Shown here in pieces: positions 1 to 8,581 of a stretch of DNA of 18,915 nucleotides. How positions within the stretch are numbered: position 1 is the stretch's first letter; each line of letters begins with the position of its first letter. Position numbers and translations under genes: made by a program. Location: positions 1 through 18,915 of the forward strand of contig CAWAPJ010000038.1 of the NCBI GenBank assembly GCA_963783885.1. Direction: 5' to 3'. The notes under the pieces are model-generated. The model did not search any database. It saw only the letters and a program-made list of their open reading frames with translations, and had not been told where the DNA came from. This DNA comes from Waddliaceae bacterium (GTDB lineage Bacteria > Chlamydiota > Chlamydiia > Chlamydiales > SLFE01).

Positions 1-2
1 AT

Positions 3-3000
3 GAACGGCTTGAAAAAGGACTTGCAGATTCAGAGGAAGCTGGCAAAATTTTGGAAAAGACTCTTGCGTATGTTCGCTTTGAACTTGCCGATGCAGTAGC
101 TAGGATACCAATAAAAAAGCTTCCTCTTTTTAGCGAATGGATTCAAATATCAAAAGACCCCTCTGTTTTGGATTTTTGTGAGTTTTTGCTTGAAAAAAAG
201 GAAAATGAACTTGTTTGCACTCTTTTCCCTTGGGGTAATAAAAAAACGTTTGAGAATAAGTTGGCTGCGCAATTCAAAAATGAAACGAAAAGCCGAAAGT
301 CTTACCGTGCATGGTCATCTCAATTTAAGGATGAAATTCCTCTGTTTTGTAACAAACTCCTTTTTGAGCTTTTGGACATATCCGAAAGAATTCCGGGCAT
401 TTTTGAACCTATTATGGAAATTGCAGGAAAGCATTCTCCATTATTTTTGATCACTCTTATGAGGCACGTTAAAGAAAACGCCGATGGGAAACTTTTAAAG
501 CAAATCATCGGCTTCTCGGAAAAGGAGTTTGATTTTCCTCTGCACCTGAGTCTATGGAAAGAGTGTGGAGTTTCGGCTAAAATGTGTTTTGAGCTGATGG
601 GTTCTATAGGCGAAAAGAAATTCACTTATTTCATGAGAAATTCGTCCCTCCATGGACCTATTTTTAAACAGCTGAGCCAGGCATTGAAACAGAAAAATCA
701 TCGCCTTGATACAATTCTGGCTTTGCCCGATAAAGAATGCCTTGATCTGCTTGAGGTGTTATTTCCGATAATAGTACAACAGCCAAAATCTTTGTTTTTT
801 AGTTTATTTTCACCGCCATCAGGTATAGAAGAATCATTCAATGAAGAGCTAAACGACCCAGCGTTTAGAAAGTTAATCGCAGGAATAAAAGGGCCCATGA
901 GTCACCAGACCTATTCTGACATTATCAATCTCCTAAAATCGGATGCTTCATATTGCCGCAAGCTTCTCAATTTATGCGAATCATATCAAGGAGCATTTAC
1001 CCAGCTTTCAGGGGACCGCGAACTTTATCATTCATTAAAAAACGTCGAAACCCAATTTGGAATTTCGCACCCTGTAGTGGACCACCTGCTTTCTTTATTC
1101 AACAATGGAAAGGCTGATTTAGCAAAATACTATTTAAAAGTGGCAGAGGGCAAACAATGGAATTTTTTAGATAGGCTCATAGACATGAGCCGGGTCTCGG
1201 CTTCCGAAGATATGAAAGCCTTGTTTGAATATCTGGAAACGCATTCAAATGACAAACTCATGCGCCTTGTCTCATCGTCAAATGCTGGAGCGATCAAAGC
1301 TATTTTAAATCTTTCTGAAGTGACTGATAAGCTTCTTATAGAGCGAATCCAAAAAGGTAAAAACCTCAATCAACTTGATCGCAATCTTCTCCTTTTAAAT
1401 GCGCGCGGCTACAAAGACATGATTAATTGTATTTTGGAGGATTTTTCTAATCATCTAGACATTATGAGGCTGATTTCCGAAGGACATATTGAAACGGCAG
1501 TTTCAAAGTTTAAAGGATCGGTTCAAGAAATCCTTTATGATCATGAGACGCAAGTTGGCCAAAGTTCGGATAAACTGAAATTAGATTCTGCTTTTGCGCT
1601 TGCTGATTACATAATCGATAAAAAAGGAAAGCTTCATCTTGGAAGGATTGCCTCCCTTAAAAACCACCGGGATTATCATTCACTTCATATGGAGAAGGTA
1701 TTAAATCTTCTTGAGGTAAAAAAAGATATAGGGACACTACTAGTCCGGACGCCAATCCCCCAAAACGGAACTCCACAAGATGTTTTAGTCAAAAAAGCTT
1801 TAAATTTAAGGCCTGATTCCATTGTGACTCATCGCGATGTGCGTCTCCTTGTACTAAGCGCTTTGCTCTCCCATACCCGTCAAAGCGATGTCGGTTCATG
1901 TTTTGGAACATGCCTCACGATCCAGCAAGAATCCTCTGCAGTAGGGATCCTACAAATCCTAAACGATTTCCACGCGATCTTAGAGACTGGAGGTTTGACA
2001 AGGAATGGGCAGTTCTTTCCTATCAATATCAATGAGAACTATCTGGAAACGATCTTTCGCACGGGGCACCCGCTTTCTAGGCTGCGGGAGTATACTGTTG
2101 CGACAATGGGCGCTGATGAAGCGGCAAGCAAAACGTACATCAAAAGACCGATTGAAACAATCTGCAGCAAACTAAAAGATTTTTTTGGGCAATTTGACAA
2201 AAAAATGATTTCGAATTCTGAAATTGCCGACGACCTGACAACTGATTTTATTTCGAAATTGCCGTGCAAATATGTCTACGACGCTTCAAAGAGCAACCCG
2301 AACAAACCGGAAGAGGGCCGAGGAGCCTGGATACTGTTTGATAACCAAACCGAACACCCTGTTCAAAATATTGATGATTTCAGAGCTTTGATTCTCAAAG
2401 CCGTGCCGCCGTTCCAGCAATCATTGGCAAGGAAATTTCCCGAACACAAGAAGCAAATTATAGAATTCATAAATTCAGATATTATTCCTTTGATAAAAAG
2501 CGATCATTTTATCAGTTTAATTTGGGATTCTCTTTACTTCATGGTTTTGGAAGACTGCGGCGTTGTTTTTGATCGACTTGCCGAGGTCAATCCTATCCGC
2601 CATTACCAAAAATTAGACGATTCCCCCTGGTGTCTGTATCAAGGAGGTCTATCTGAAAGAGTCTTCAACACCTATTACGAAAGAAAAGAGATGAATGACT
2701 TTTCCGGAAGCCAGGCCTTTAGTCAGGATAATTTAGTGGACTCCCTCATTAGCTTCATCCAAAATTTGCCGGAAAGTATCAAACATTGTTGCAATGAGAA
2801 TCCTGGACGGCTTATTTATTTGGGAATGCCTGGCCACGCACTGTCTCTCAAGCCGCATAAGCTTCTAAAACACTTATCTCAATATGAAAATAGAGAGTCT
2901 CTTCTTAAGAGTTTGAAAGAGCAAACTGAAAGTTGGTTAAAAGTTACGATTACCCTTCAAGATCACCAGAATATTTTTGATGGCTTGGTGAAAGAAGCCA

Positions 3001-3398
3001 ACGAAGAACAAAAACATGAGCTCAAAGAAATTCAGCAAAATATTATGACTGAGTCCTGCTCGCTCTCAGAATACATCGATATCTGTCGAAATGAATTGCA
3101 AGCGCATGTTTTTTCTAAATCGCATTTGCAACATAATTTATCAACTTTAGCCTCGGAAATTGCCAGTCTTCCTCGAATGAGAAAACTGAGGCCAAAGGTC
3201 ATTGAAATAGCCGATACAAATTGGGAGTCGCCTCGAAGCCATCTGGCCATAACCGGCAATCCCGTAACAGGTAAAGCAATGATTGTTCTGACTGATGACA
3301 AGCATCACCAGTTTAAAGCATTTAATGAAGCCGCATTAGTAGGAAAATGGCAGCTGCCGAGAGAAATTATTTTCCCTGATGAATTTTCAATTCATTGA
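3..3398 (+). CDS. Large hypothetical protein (5'-truncated by window edge), putative papain-fold Cys-His-Asp enzyme / secreted effector
   Basis: The frame is open from position 3 (ERLEKGLADSEEAGKI then LEKT...), so the TTG at 51 is probably not the true start. The N-terminal half is Leu-rich and helical. The C-terminal half has RQSDVGSCF (Gln 1881, Cys 1899), YQGG, PGHAL (His 2835) and IADTNW (Asp 3213). Stop TGA at 3396-3398. Confidence 0.85.
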   Translation, partial: ERLEKGLADSEEAGKILEKTLAYVRFELADAVARIPIKKLPLFSEWIQISKDPSVLDFCEFLLEKKENELVCTLFPWGNKKTFENKLAAQFKNETKSRKSYRAWSSQFKDEIPLFCNKLLFELLDISERIPGIFEPIMEIAGKHSPLFLITLMRHVKENADGKLLKQIIGFSEKEFDFPLHLSLWKECGVSAKMCFELMGSIGEKKFTYFMRNSSLHGPIFKQLSQALKQKNHRLDTILALPDKECLDLLEVLFPIIVQQPKSLFFSLFSPPSGIEESFNEELNDPAFRKLIAGIKGPMSHQTYSDIINLLKSDASYCRKLLNLCESYQGAFTQLSGDRELYHSLKNVETQFGISHPVVDHLLSLFNNGKADLAKYYLKVAEGKQWNFLDRLIDMSRVSASEDMKALFEYLETHSNDKLMRLVSSSNAGAIKAILNLSEVTDKLLIERIQKGKNLNQLDRNLLLLNARGYKDMINCILEDFSNHLDIMRLISEGHIETAVSKFKGSVQEILYDHETQVGQSSDKLKLDSAFALADYIIDKKGKLHLGRIASLKNHRDYHSLHMEKVLNLLEVKKDIGTLLVRTPIPQNGTPQDVLVKKALNLRPDSIVTHRDVRLLVLSALLSHTRQSDVGSCFGTCLTIQQESSAVGILQILNDFHAILETGGLTRNGQFFPININENYLETIFRTGHPLSRLREYTVATMGADEAASKTYIKRPIETICSKLKDFFGQFDKKMISNSEIADDLTTDFISKLPCKYVYDASKSNPNKPEEGRGAWILFDNQTEHPVQNIDDFRALILKAVPPFQQSLARKFPEHKKQIIEFINSDIIPLIKSDHFISLIWDSLYFMVLEDCGVVFDRLAEVNPIRHYQKLDDSPWCLYQGGLSERVFNTYYERKEMNDFSGSQAFSQDNLVDSLISFIQNLPESIKHCCNENPGRLIYLGMPGHALSLKPHKLLKHLSQYENRESLLKSLKEQTESWLKVTITLQDHQNIFDGLVKEANEEQKHELKEIQQNIMTESCSLSEYIDICRNELQAHVFSKSHLQHNLSTLASEIASLPRMRKLRPKVIEIADTNWESPRSHLAITGNPVTGKAMIVLTDDKHHQFKAFNEAALVGKWQLPREIIFPDEFSIH

Positions 3399-3425
3399 AT
3401 AATCTTATTGTTGATGTTTAGAAAA

Positions 3426-3499
3426 TTCAACCATGTCTACTGCCTAATTCTCGATCGGATAAAGCGATAGGCGGGCTTAAATCCCTAGACATGCTTGAA
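3426..3499. repeat. Inverted-repeat-bounded structured element (candidate ncRNA / miniature palindromic element / bidirectional terminator)
   Basis: TTCAACCATGTCTA (3426-3439) pairs with TAGACATGCTTGAA (3486-3499) at 13/14 positions. Internal stems are GCCTA/TAGGC (3442-3446/3468-3472) and GGG-CTTAAAT-CCC (3473-3485). It lies between convergent transcription units. Confidence 0.6.
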
Positions 3500-3531
3500 A
3501 GTTTCATTTTAGCGGTAAATTTTTTTAGGAT

Positions 3532-3700
3532 TCAAATTAAAATATTCGTGTTCAATGAGGTTGGGATACGGCCAACCGAATATTTGGGGAAAATCATTGC
3601 GGTCCAGGTGAGGAAGTTTTTTGCTGATCTCTTCAAGTTGTTTTGTAGGGGAAGAGGTTTCTTAAATCGGAAGACCAATTTCATACACCAAAGGCAACTA
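3532..3700 (-). pseudogene. Remnant of a paralog of the 4465-6324 hypothetical gene
   Basis: Minus-strand translation MKLVFRFKKPLPLQNN matches IKLILRLKKPLPLQEN of the 619-aa protein. DNA 3639-3684 vs 5931-5976 is 37/46 identical without gaps. The frame stops at 3532. Remnant boundaries are approximate. Confidence 0.65.
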
Positions 3701-4468
3701 TTAGAACAAGCCTGAGCAAAGGGCGGTGCCGAAAGCAAACAGAAGCACAGAAACAACAGACCTTAAGAAGTTTAAGGTAATTTTCTTGAGGAAAAAAATG
3801 CCAGTCAGGATGCCGAGGAGGCCCGAGAGTATCACGACAGTTAATAAACTTGGGGTGACTAGCGAAAAAAGATGATAGAAGCTGATTCCGTAAACGATCA
3901 GCCTGGCGGCATCGACTAAAATGGCGATGCAGGCCCCTGTGGCAATATAGCGGTCTTTGCTGAGATTCAAGTTGATGAGAAAGCCGCTTCTCAAGGCTCC
4001 CTGAAATCCCGAAATCCCTCCGAAAAAGCCGCTGGAAAGTCCTCCCAAGGGGAGCCATTTGGGGTTTATAGACGTAAAGTCGTAGAGGCTCTGGATTCTC
4101 AGGACTCCTAAGAGGATGAGGAGTAGGCCGATAAGAATCTTGATGTATTCGATGGAAAATCTATGGCCGAAAAGGACGTATGTAGCTATGGGTTGCAAGT
4201 GAAGCATCTTGACAAGAAGCCATGACCCGAGAAGCGATCCGGCGATGGCGGGAAGTCCGAAGTAAAGAACCGTTTTCAGGTCGATCGATTTGAAAAGAAG
4301 ACCGCTTTTGATCAGATTATTCAGAAAGTGAAGGAAGGCCGTCAGGGCAATGGCCACGGGTAGCGGGGCCGCTATGATGAGGATGGGGAGCATGAGGGTG
4401 CCGAATCCGAAACCTGTAAAAAAAGTCAGAAGGGAGACGATATAGATTACGACGGCTGCAGAGATCAT
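3701..4468 (-). CDS. Sulfite exporter TauE/SafE (TSUP) family membrane protein
   Basis: About 255 aa and very hydrophobic, with two internal Gly-rich halves (TGFGFGTLMLP; SSGFFGGISGFQGALRSGFL) typical of the TSUP family. The ATG at 4468 overlaps the upstream stop (ATGA). Alternative start at 4477. Confidence 0.85.
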   Translation of the reverse strand: MISAAVVIYIVSLLTFFTGFGFGTLMLPILIIAAPLPVAIALTAFLHFLNNLIKSGLLFKSIDLKTVLYFGLPAIAGSLLGSWLLVKMLHLQPIATYVLFGHRFSIEYIKILIGLLLILLGVLRIQSLYDFTSINPKWLPLGGLSSGFFGGISGFQGALRSGFLINLNLSKDRYIATGACIAILVDAARLIVYGISFYHLFSLVTPSLLTVVILSGLLGILTGIFFLKKITLNFLRSVVSVLLFAFGTALCSGLF

Positions 4469-6324
4469 GTAAGACATACATTTTTCTGGTGGCTGCGATA
4501 GAATAAAACTTTATTTTCGCCGACAAAGATCGGCTTAGCTTCGGAGGAATTTGACAAAGTGCCAATTTCCATGCTCTCATCCTGAGAATGTGCCTGGATT
4601 TTTTTGGTTTCCTCATCCATTGTCCAGATAAGATTGTGTTTTTTGTCGATATAATAGCTAATATTGGAAGAATCTAAATCGAGTTCTCTTGTTTCTTTTT
4701 TGTCAAAGTTGACAAGCATGATTTTCTGAGAGGTTTCCGATTGAAATATGAGTGTGCTTATGCCAATTCCTCCGATGAATCGGAGAGCCCCTAGAGGATA
4801 TTCCATTTTTTCTGTTGGCCGAAAGATCTTGCCATTTTTTACTAAACGCTTTGAAATAATTGTCGATTCTTTGCTTTGCATTAAAGTGAATAAATTTTGT
4901 TGATGAAAAAGAAAATCCGGGCAATCGGGCAATAGGGTTTTTTTTCCTTTTTGGGAGAACAAAGTGCTTATTCTCAAGCGGCTATTGCGAAAACCCGCCA
5001 ACTCTTCGGAGCAGATCAATTCTCCCGCAGGTCTCTTTTCGATGAATTTTGTTTTCCGGAAATTCTCCGAAAACTCCACTCCGTAAAGCTTATCGCCAAA
5101 TGCTAGAAAACAATATCCCGAGGAAGTAATCGACATTTGGTCTCCGTGGGCAGGCTGCTGCGGCAGGCTGGTTTTAAAGGATATTGTTCCATCTTCCGGA
5201 TTGACAAAATTCAGTACGTTGGAATTTTTATAGATAAAAGCAATCCCTAAAGGCGTTTGCTGGATATGAAAAAGTGCATCTTCCAAAGGGATGCCCCAAA
5301 TAAGCCTTCTCGTTGTATTGTGAAAGCTCATAAGCCATGTTGCAGGGTTGTTAGGAACGCGATAAAGGGAAGCCAGGCGGAACTTGGAAGGGAAAATCGG
5401 CCCCTGAAAACCTTCATTTAAACGAAAGGTTTTTTTGGGATGCAAATAAAAATGATCCTTATCAATCAGATCGGGGCCGGGCCATCCGAATAGCTGAGGA
5501 AAGTCGCTTCGGGCAATATGAGGGAGCGTTTTTCTGATTTCATCAAGCTGAGAGGCTGCTTCGAAGAGGCTGTCGGCTGAATTAATTTTATCCATTAGCT
5601 CGCCGACAAGAGCGGTTTTTTTATCGCAGTCGGAATTTTTCAGTTCCTTGATTAAACGAATACGTTCCCGGGGAGAGGACTGCTTAAGGAGACTGGCGAG
5701 CGATCTTCCTTTATTTTTCCACTTGTTGAAAGGAATCGAGGTTAAGGCCTTCTGGATATATTTAAAGGTTGATTCATTCTGAATAAAACTGTAGAGCAAA
5801 GGAGAGTTGCTGTCTTTGCTTTTCAAGAGAATAAAATCTATAAATTTCGTATTATTGGGGCATTGTTTCATATCAAATTCATTGAGGCATGATCGAATAT
5901 GGGTTCGCCTCAATTGAGCAAAGGTGCAATTTTCTTGAAGGGGGAGAGGTTTCTTAAGGCGTAAGATCAATTTAATCAATGCGAGAAAACAATAGCCTGA
6001 AACAGAATTATTGGTATTATTGCTGAAGAAATAGAAGCTCTCCAAAGTTTTTCTTAAGGTTTCAATTGTCATCCTATTTGTTAGAATTTGCAATTGCTGC
6101 CAAATGGGATTGCCGGGTTTCAAAGTTCCTTCTCTACAATGGTCCTTGAGATGACTTTCAAGAAACTCATTTTTATTATTAAGATTGTTTAGCGATTTTG
6201 GCCTCGGTGAATGCTTTTTCAAGGCTGTTTGGCCAATGCGAGCAATGGAACTATCGCCGGGTTTATTTTCCCGTCGATAGCTCGGTGGAGGAAAAAAACT
6301 GTTTATAACTGAGTTTGAATCCAT
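4465..6324 (-). CDS. Hypothetical protein, 619 aa (effector-like; helical middle, beta-rich C-terminal half)
   Basis: Long uninterrupted ORF with AGAGGA upstream of the ATG. Ser/Pro/Asn-rich N-terminus without a Sec signal or TM segments. The C-terminal ~330 aa consist of short alternating hydrophobic strands. No family recognised. Confidence 0.8.
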   Translation of the reverse strand: MDSNSVINSFFPPPSYRRENKPGDSSIARIGQTALKKHSPRPKSLNNLNNKNEFLESHLKDHCREGTLKPGNPIWQQLQILTNRMTIETLRKTLESFYFFSNNTNNSVSGYCFLALIKLILRLKKPLPLQENCTFAQLRRTHIRSCLNEFDMKQCPNNTKFIDFILLKSKDSNSPLLYSFIQNESTFKYIQKALTSIPFNKWKNKGRSLASLLKQSSPRERIRLIKELKNSDCDKKTALVGELMDKINSADSLFEAASQLDEIRKTLPHIARSDFPQLFGWPGPDLIDKDHFYLHPKKTFRLNEGFQGPIFPSKFRLASLYRVPNNPATWLMSFHNTTRRLIWGIPLEDALFHIQQTPLGIAFIYKNSNVLNFVNPEDGTISFKTSLPQQPAHGDQMSITSSGYCFLAFGDKLYGVEFSENFRKTKFIEKRPAGELICSEELAGFRNSRLRISTLFSQKGKKTLLPDCPDFLFHQQNLFTLMQSKESTIISKRLVKNGKIFRPTEKMEYPLGALRFIGGIGISTLIFQSETSQKIMLVNFDKKETRELDLDSSNISYYIDKKHNLIWTMDEETKKIQAHSQDESMEIGTLSNSSEAKPIFVGENKVLFYRSHQKNVCLT

Positions 6325-6434
6325 AATCTTTCCTCTGTGCTGGTAGGTTAATTTACTGAATTGTATTTCTTAAATCAAGAAAAATTGAATTAATTGAATG
6401 ATTGTGATTAGGTAATCTTGTTTAACTTAACCTT

Positions 6435-6440
6435 AGGAGG
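6435..6440 (+). promoter_or_regulatory. Shine-Dalgarno site for the 6446 ORF
   Basis: AGGAGG lies 5 nt upstream of ATG 6446. Confidence 0.75.
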
Positions 6441-6445
6441 TCGTT

Positions 6446-6772
6446 ATGCAGAAAATAGATTATCAAGTAACGCACAATTGTGCAAAACCCCATTGTCAAG
6501 TGGATTTTGACGAATCCAACGATCAAGTTTCTACAATTTGTATTGAGCATAACCATCCGCAATTGTCTTACATTTCAGGAAAACATCTTGATAAAAAAGA
6601 ATTGGAACAAATTCTGGAAAACTTGGAAAAGTGTATGTATACACTCGAACTTTCGCAAATCTTAATGGAACACAATAATCGCAACATCGTTGCCAAAGCC
6701 TTAGAAAAGCAGCATTATCACGACCTGGCTGTCTCAAAAATCATTGCCAAAAAACTGATCTCCTCACAATGA
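6446..6772 (+). CDS. Small hypothetical protein, 108 aa, His/Cys-rich N-terminus
   Basis: Strong RBS. The ORF fills the gap between the divergent 619-aa gene and the convergent antiporter (9-bp 3' overlap). No family recognised. Confidence 0.75.
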   Translation: MQKIDYQVTHNCAKPHCQVDFDESNDQVSTICIEHNHPQLSYISGKHLDKKELEQILENLEKCMYTLELSQILMEHNNRNIVAKALEKQHYHDLAVSKIIAKKLISSQ

Positions 6773-8542
6773 TTTTTTCGCCATGAAGATTACCTTTCCT
6801 CCAGCTGCGGGGGGAGAGGTTTTATCCGTTGTCAAAGGAACAAGAATGCCCCCTTTTCGAATGTAGAAGAGAGGGATCGCCTGGTGTTGATATTGGTTTT
6901 CCCAATCCTTGTGGGTAAACTCAGCTGTAATTCGGGTGGATTTGATGTCATAGCCTTCCTCTAAGAAGCGGGAAAGACGGTGGAAATCGTATCCTTCACC
7001 AAAAAGACGCCTTCCCATAAGGCGGGCGGGGATTTTATCTGTTGTTTCGGGAAGCTGGTAGAGGCCCGCCTGATCAAAATGTTCGCTAAAGTGAATAACA
7101 GCAAGACTGTTGACATCGTCGCTTTCGGTCATGGCCAACAGTTTTCCCATATCCTCAAGTCCATCGGGATTTTCCGATTCGAAAGTCAGAAAATTTCCGT
7201 GATAAACGGGGAGACGGTAATCTTTTGTTTCCGATACCTTCCAAAAATCGGTATCGATGAACTGCACTTTGTACTTTTCCGCGTCAAGTGCCTCGCCTAT
7301 ATGCCTTGCCAGTGTGTTGGCCCCGATAATGAGGATGCCTTGGTCGGGCAGGCTCGACAAATTGAGCCATTTGGCTATCAGCGGCGCGGCGATTCCATAA
7401 AAGATAACGGTTCCAGCGATGACCGTGAAGGTTATTGGGGCGATGATATGGGCGCCCTGATATCCGATTTTAGACAGCTCCAATCCGAAAAGGGCGGATA
7501 TCGCAGCGGCTATGATACCCCGCGGAGCGAGCGAAGATAAAAAGAAAATTTCTTTCCAGCTCAGCTCCGAGAACATTGTGGAAGCCAAAACACTTACAGG
7601 GCGGGCGATAAAAATTAGAAAGGCCAAAAGGAGCAAGCTGACCCCGAGGGTTTCTTTTAAGGCCTGCAGTTCGATGCTGGCAGCTAATATAATAAACAAA
7701 AACGCGATCAAAATAATCCGGAGGTTTTCTTTAAAATCGACGATATGGCTGATTTGGGTTTCTTTTTGATTGGCCAGGATCATCCCCATAATTGTCATGC
7801 AGATCAATCCCGAATCCTGTTGAAAAAGATTAGACAGGATGAAAGTGACAAACAGGATCATCAGGATGACAGGGTTGTGCAATTCGTCGCTCATCCAGTA
7901 TTTTCTGAGTAGCAGCAAAATAAAATAGGCTCCGGCAATTCCGATGACAGTTCCTATGACAAGTGTTTTGACAACTCCTATGGAGATAACGCCGAGCGCT
8001 TCGGTGACGCTTCGTTGAAGGAGGCCTTGATAGATAAGCACCGCAACCATCACTCCAAGCGGGTCGATGATAATCCCTTCCCACCTCAAAACCGAGCGAA
8101 TCGGTTCTTTGACGTTCAAATCGGAAAGCATCGGGATGATCACTGTCGGTCCTGTGACAATCAGGATGGCGCTCTCGAGAAGAGAGATTGTCAGGCTGAA
8201 CCCAAGCACGTAATGAAGGAACAGGAAGGTCAGACCCATCCCGACGATCGCCCCGATTGTAACAAGATTCCGGATGACATGGCCGACTTCCCTGACATCT
8301 TTAAATCTCAGGCTTAGGCCCCCTTCGAACAAAATGACTGCGACAGACAGCGAAACAATCGGAAGCAGCAAAGGACCGAAAAGCTGCTTGGGATCAATCC
8401 ACCCCAGTATCGGACCCGCTAAAAAACCGACAGTCAGCAATAACAGAATCGACGGGGCTTTAATGGCCCAGCTTAGCCATTTAACCGAAATGCCAAGCGC
8501 GATAATCGCGGCGAGACTGATGACAGCCGTTTGCGTTTCCAT
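6764..8542 (-). CDS. CPA1-family (NhaP-like) sodium:proton antiporter with C-terminal RCK/TrkA-N-like domain
   Basis: About 12-13 TM segments with motifs AVILFEGGLSL, VTGPTVIIP, LRWEGIIIDPLG, FIARP and APRGIIAAA. The C-terminal Rossmann-like region contains GILIIGAN...FIDTD...LLAMTESDDVNSL. Confidence 0.92.
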   Translation of the reverse strand: METQTAVISLAAIIALGISVKWLSWAIKAPSILLLLTVGFLAGPILGWIDPKQLFGPLLLPIVSLSVAVILFEGGLSLRFKDVREVGHVIRNLVTIGAIVGMGLTFLFLHYVLGFSLTISLLESAILIVTGPTVIIPMLSDLNVKEPIRSVLRWEGIIIDPLGVMVAVLIYQGLLQRSVTEALGVISIGVVKTLVIGTVIGIAGAYFILLLLRKYWMSDELHNPVILMILFVTFILSNLFQQDSGLICMTIMGMILANQKETQISHIVDFKENLRIILIAFLFIILAASIELQALKETLGVSLLLLAFLIFIARPVSVLASTMFSELSWKEIFFLSSLAPRGIIAAAISALFGLELSKIGYQGAHIIAPITFTVIAGTVIFYGIAAPLIAKWLNLSSLPDQGILIIGANTLARHIGEALDAEKYKVQFIDTDFWKVSETKDYRLPVYHGNFLTFESENPDGLEDMGKLLAMTESDDVNSLAVIHFSEHFDQAGLYQLPETTDKIPARLMGRRLFGEGYDFHRLSRFLEEGYDIKSTRITAEFTHKDWENQYQHQAIPLFYIRKGGILVPLTTDKTSPPAAGGKVIFMAKKSL

Positions 8543-8581
8543 AACTTTAGATGTACACGATACGGCTAAAAGAGAAAACTC

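Noticed and set aside
51..53. TTG at 51 as start of the large ORF
   Set aside because: The frame is open to the window edge with protein-like sequence and there is no clear RBS, so the gene most likely starts upstream.
3440..3490. Resemblance of minus-strand TTAAGCCC / GGGA...GCCC to pistol ribozyme or SAM-I riboswitch
   Set aside because: The remaining conserved cores and the required pseudoknot pairings are not present.
6325..6445. Short inverted and tandem repeats in the divergent spacer (TTTCTT/AAGAAA, AATTGAAT x2)
   Set aside because: Low-complexity AT-rich sequence with no supportable operator call.
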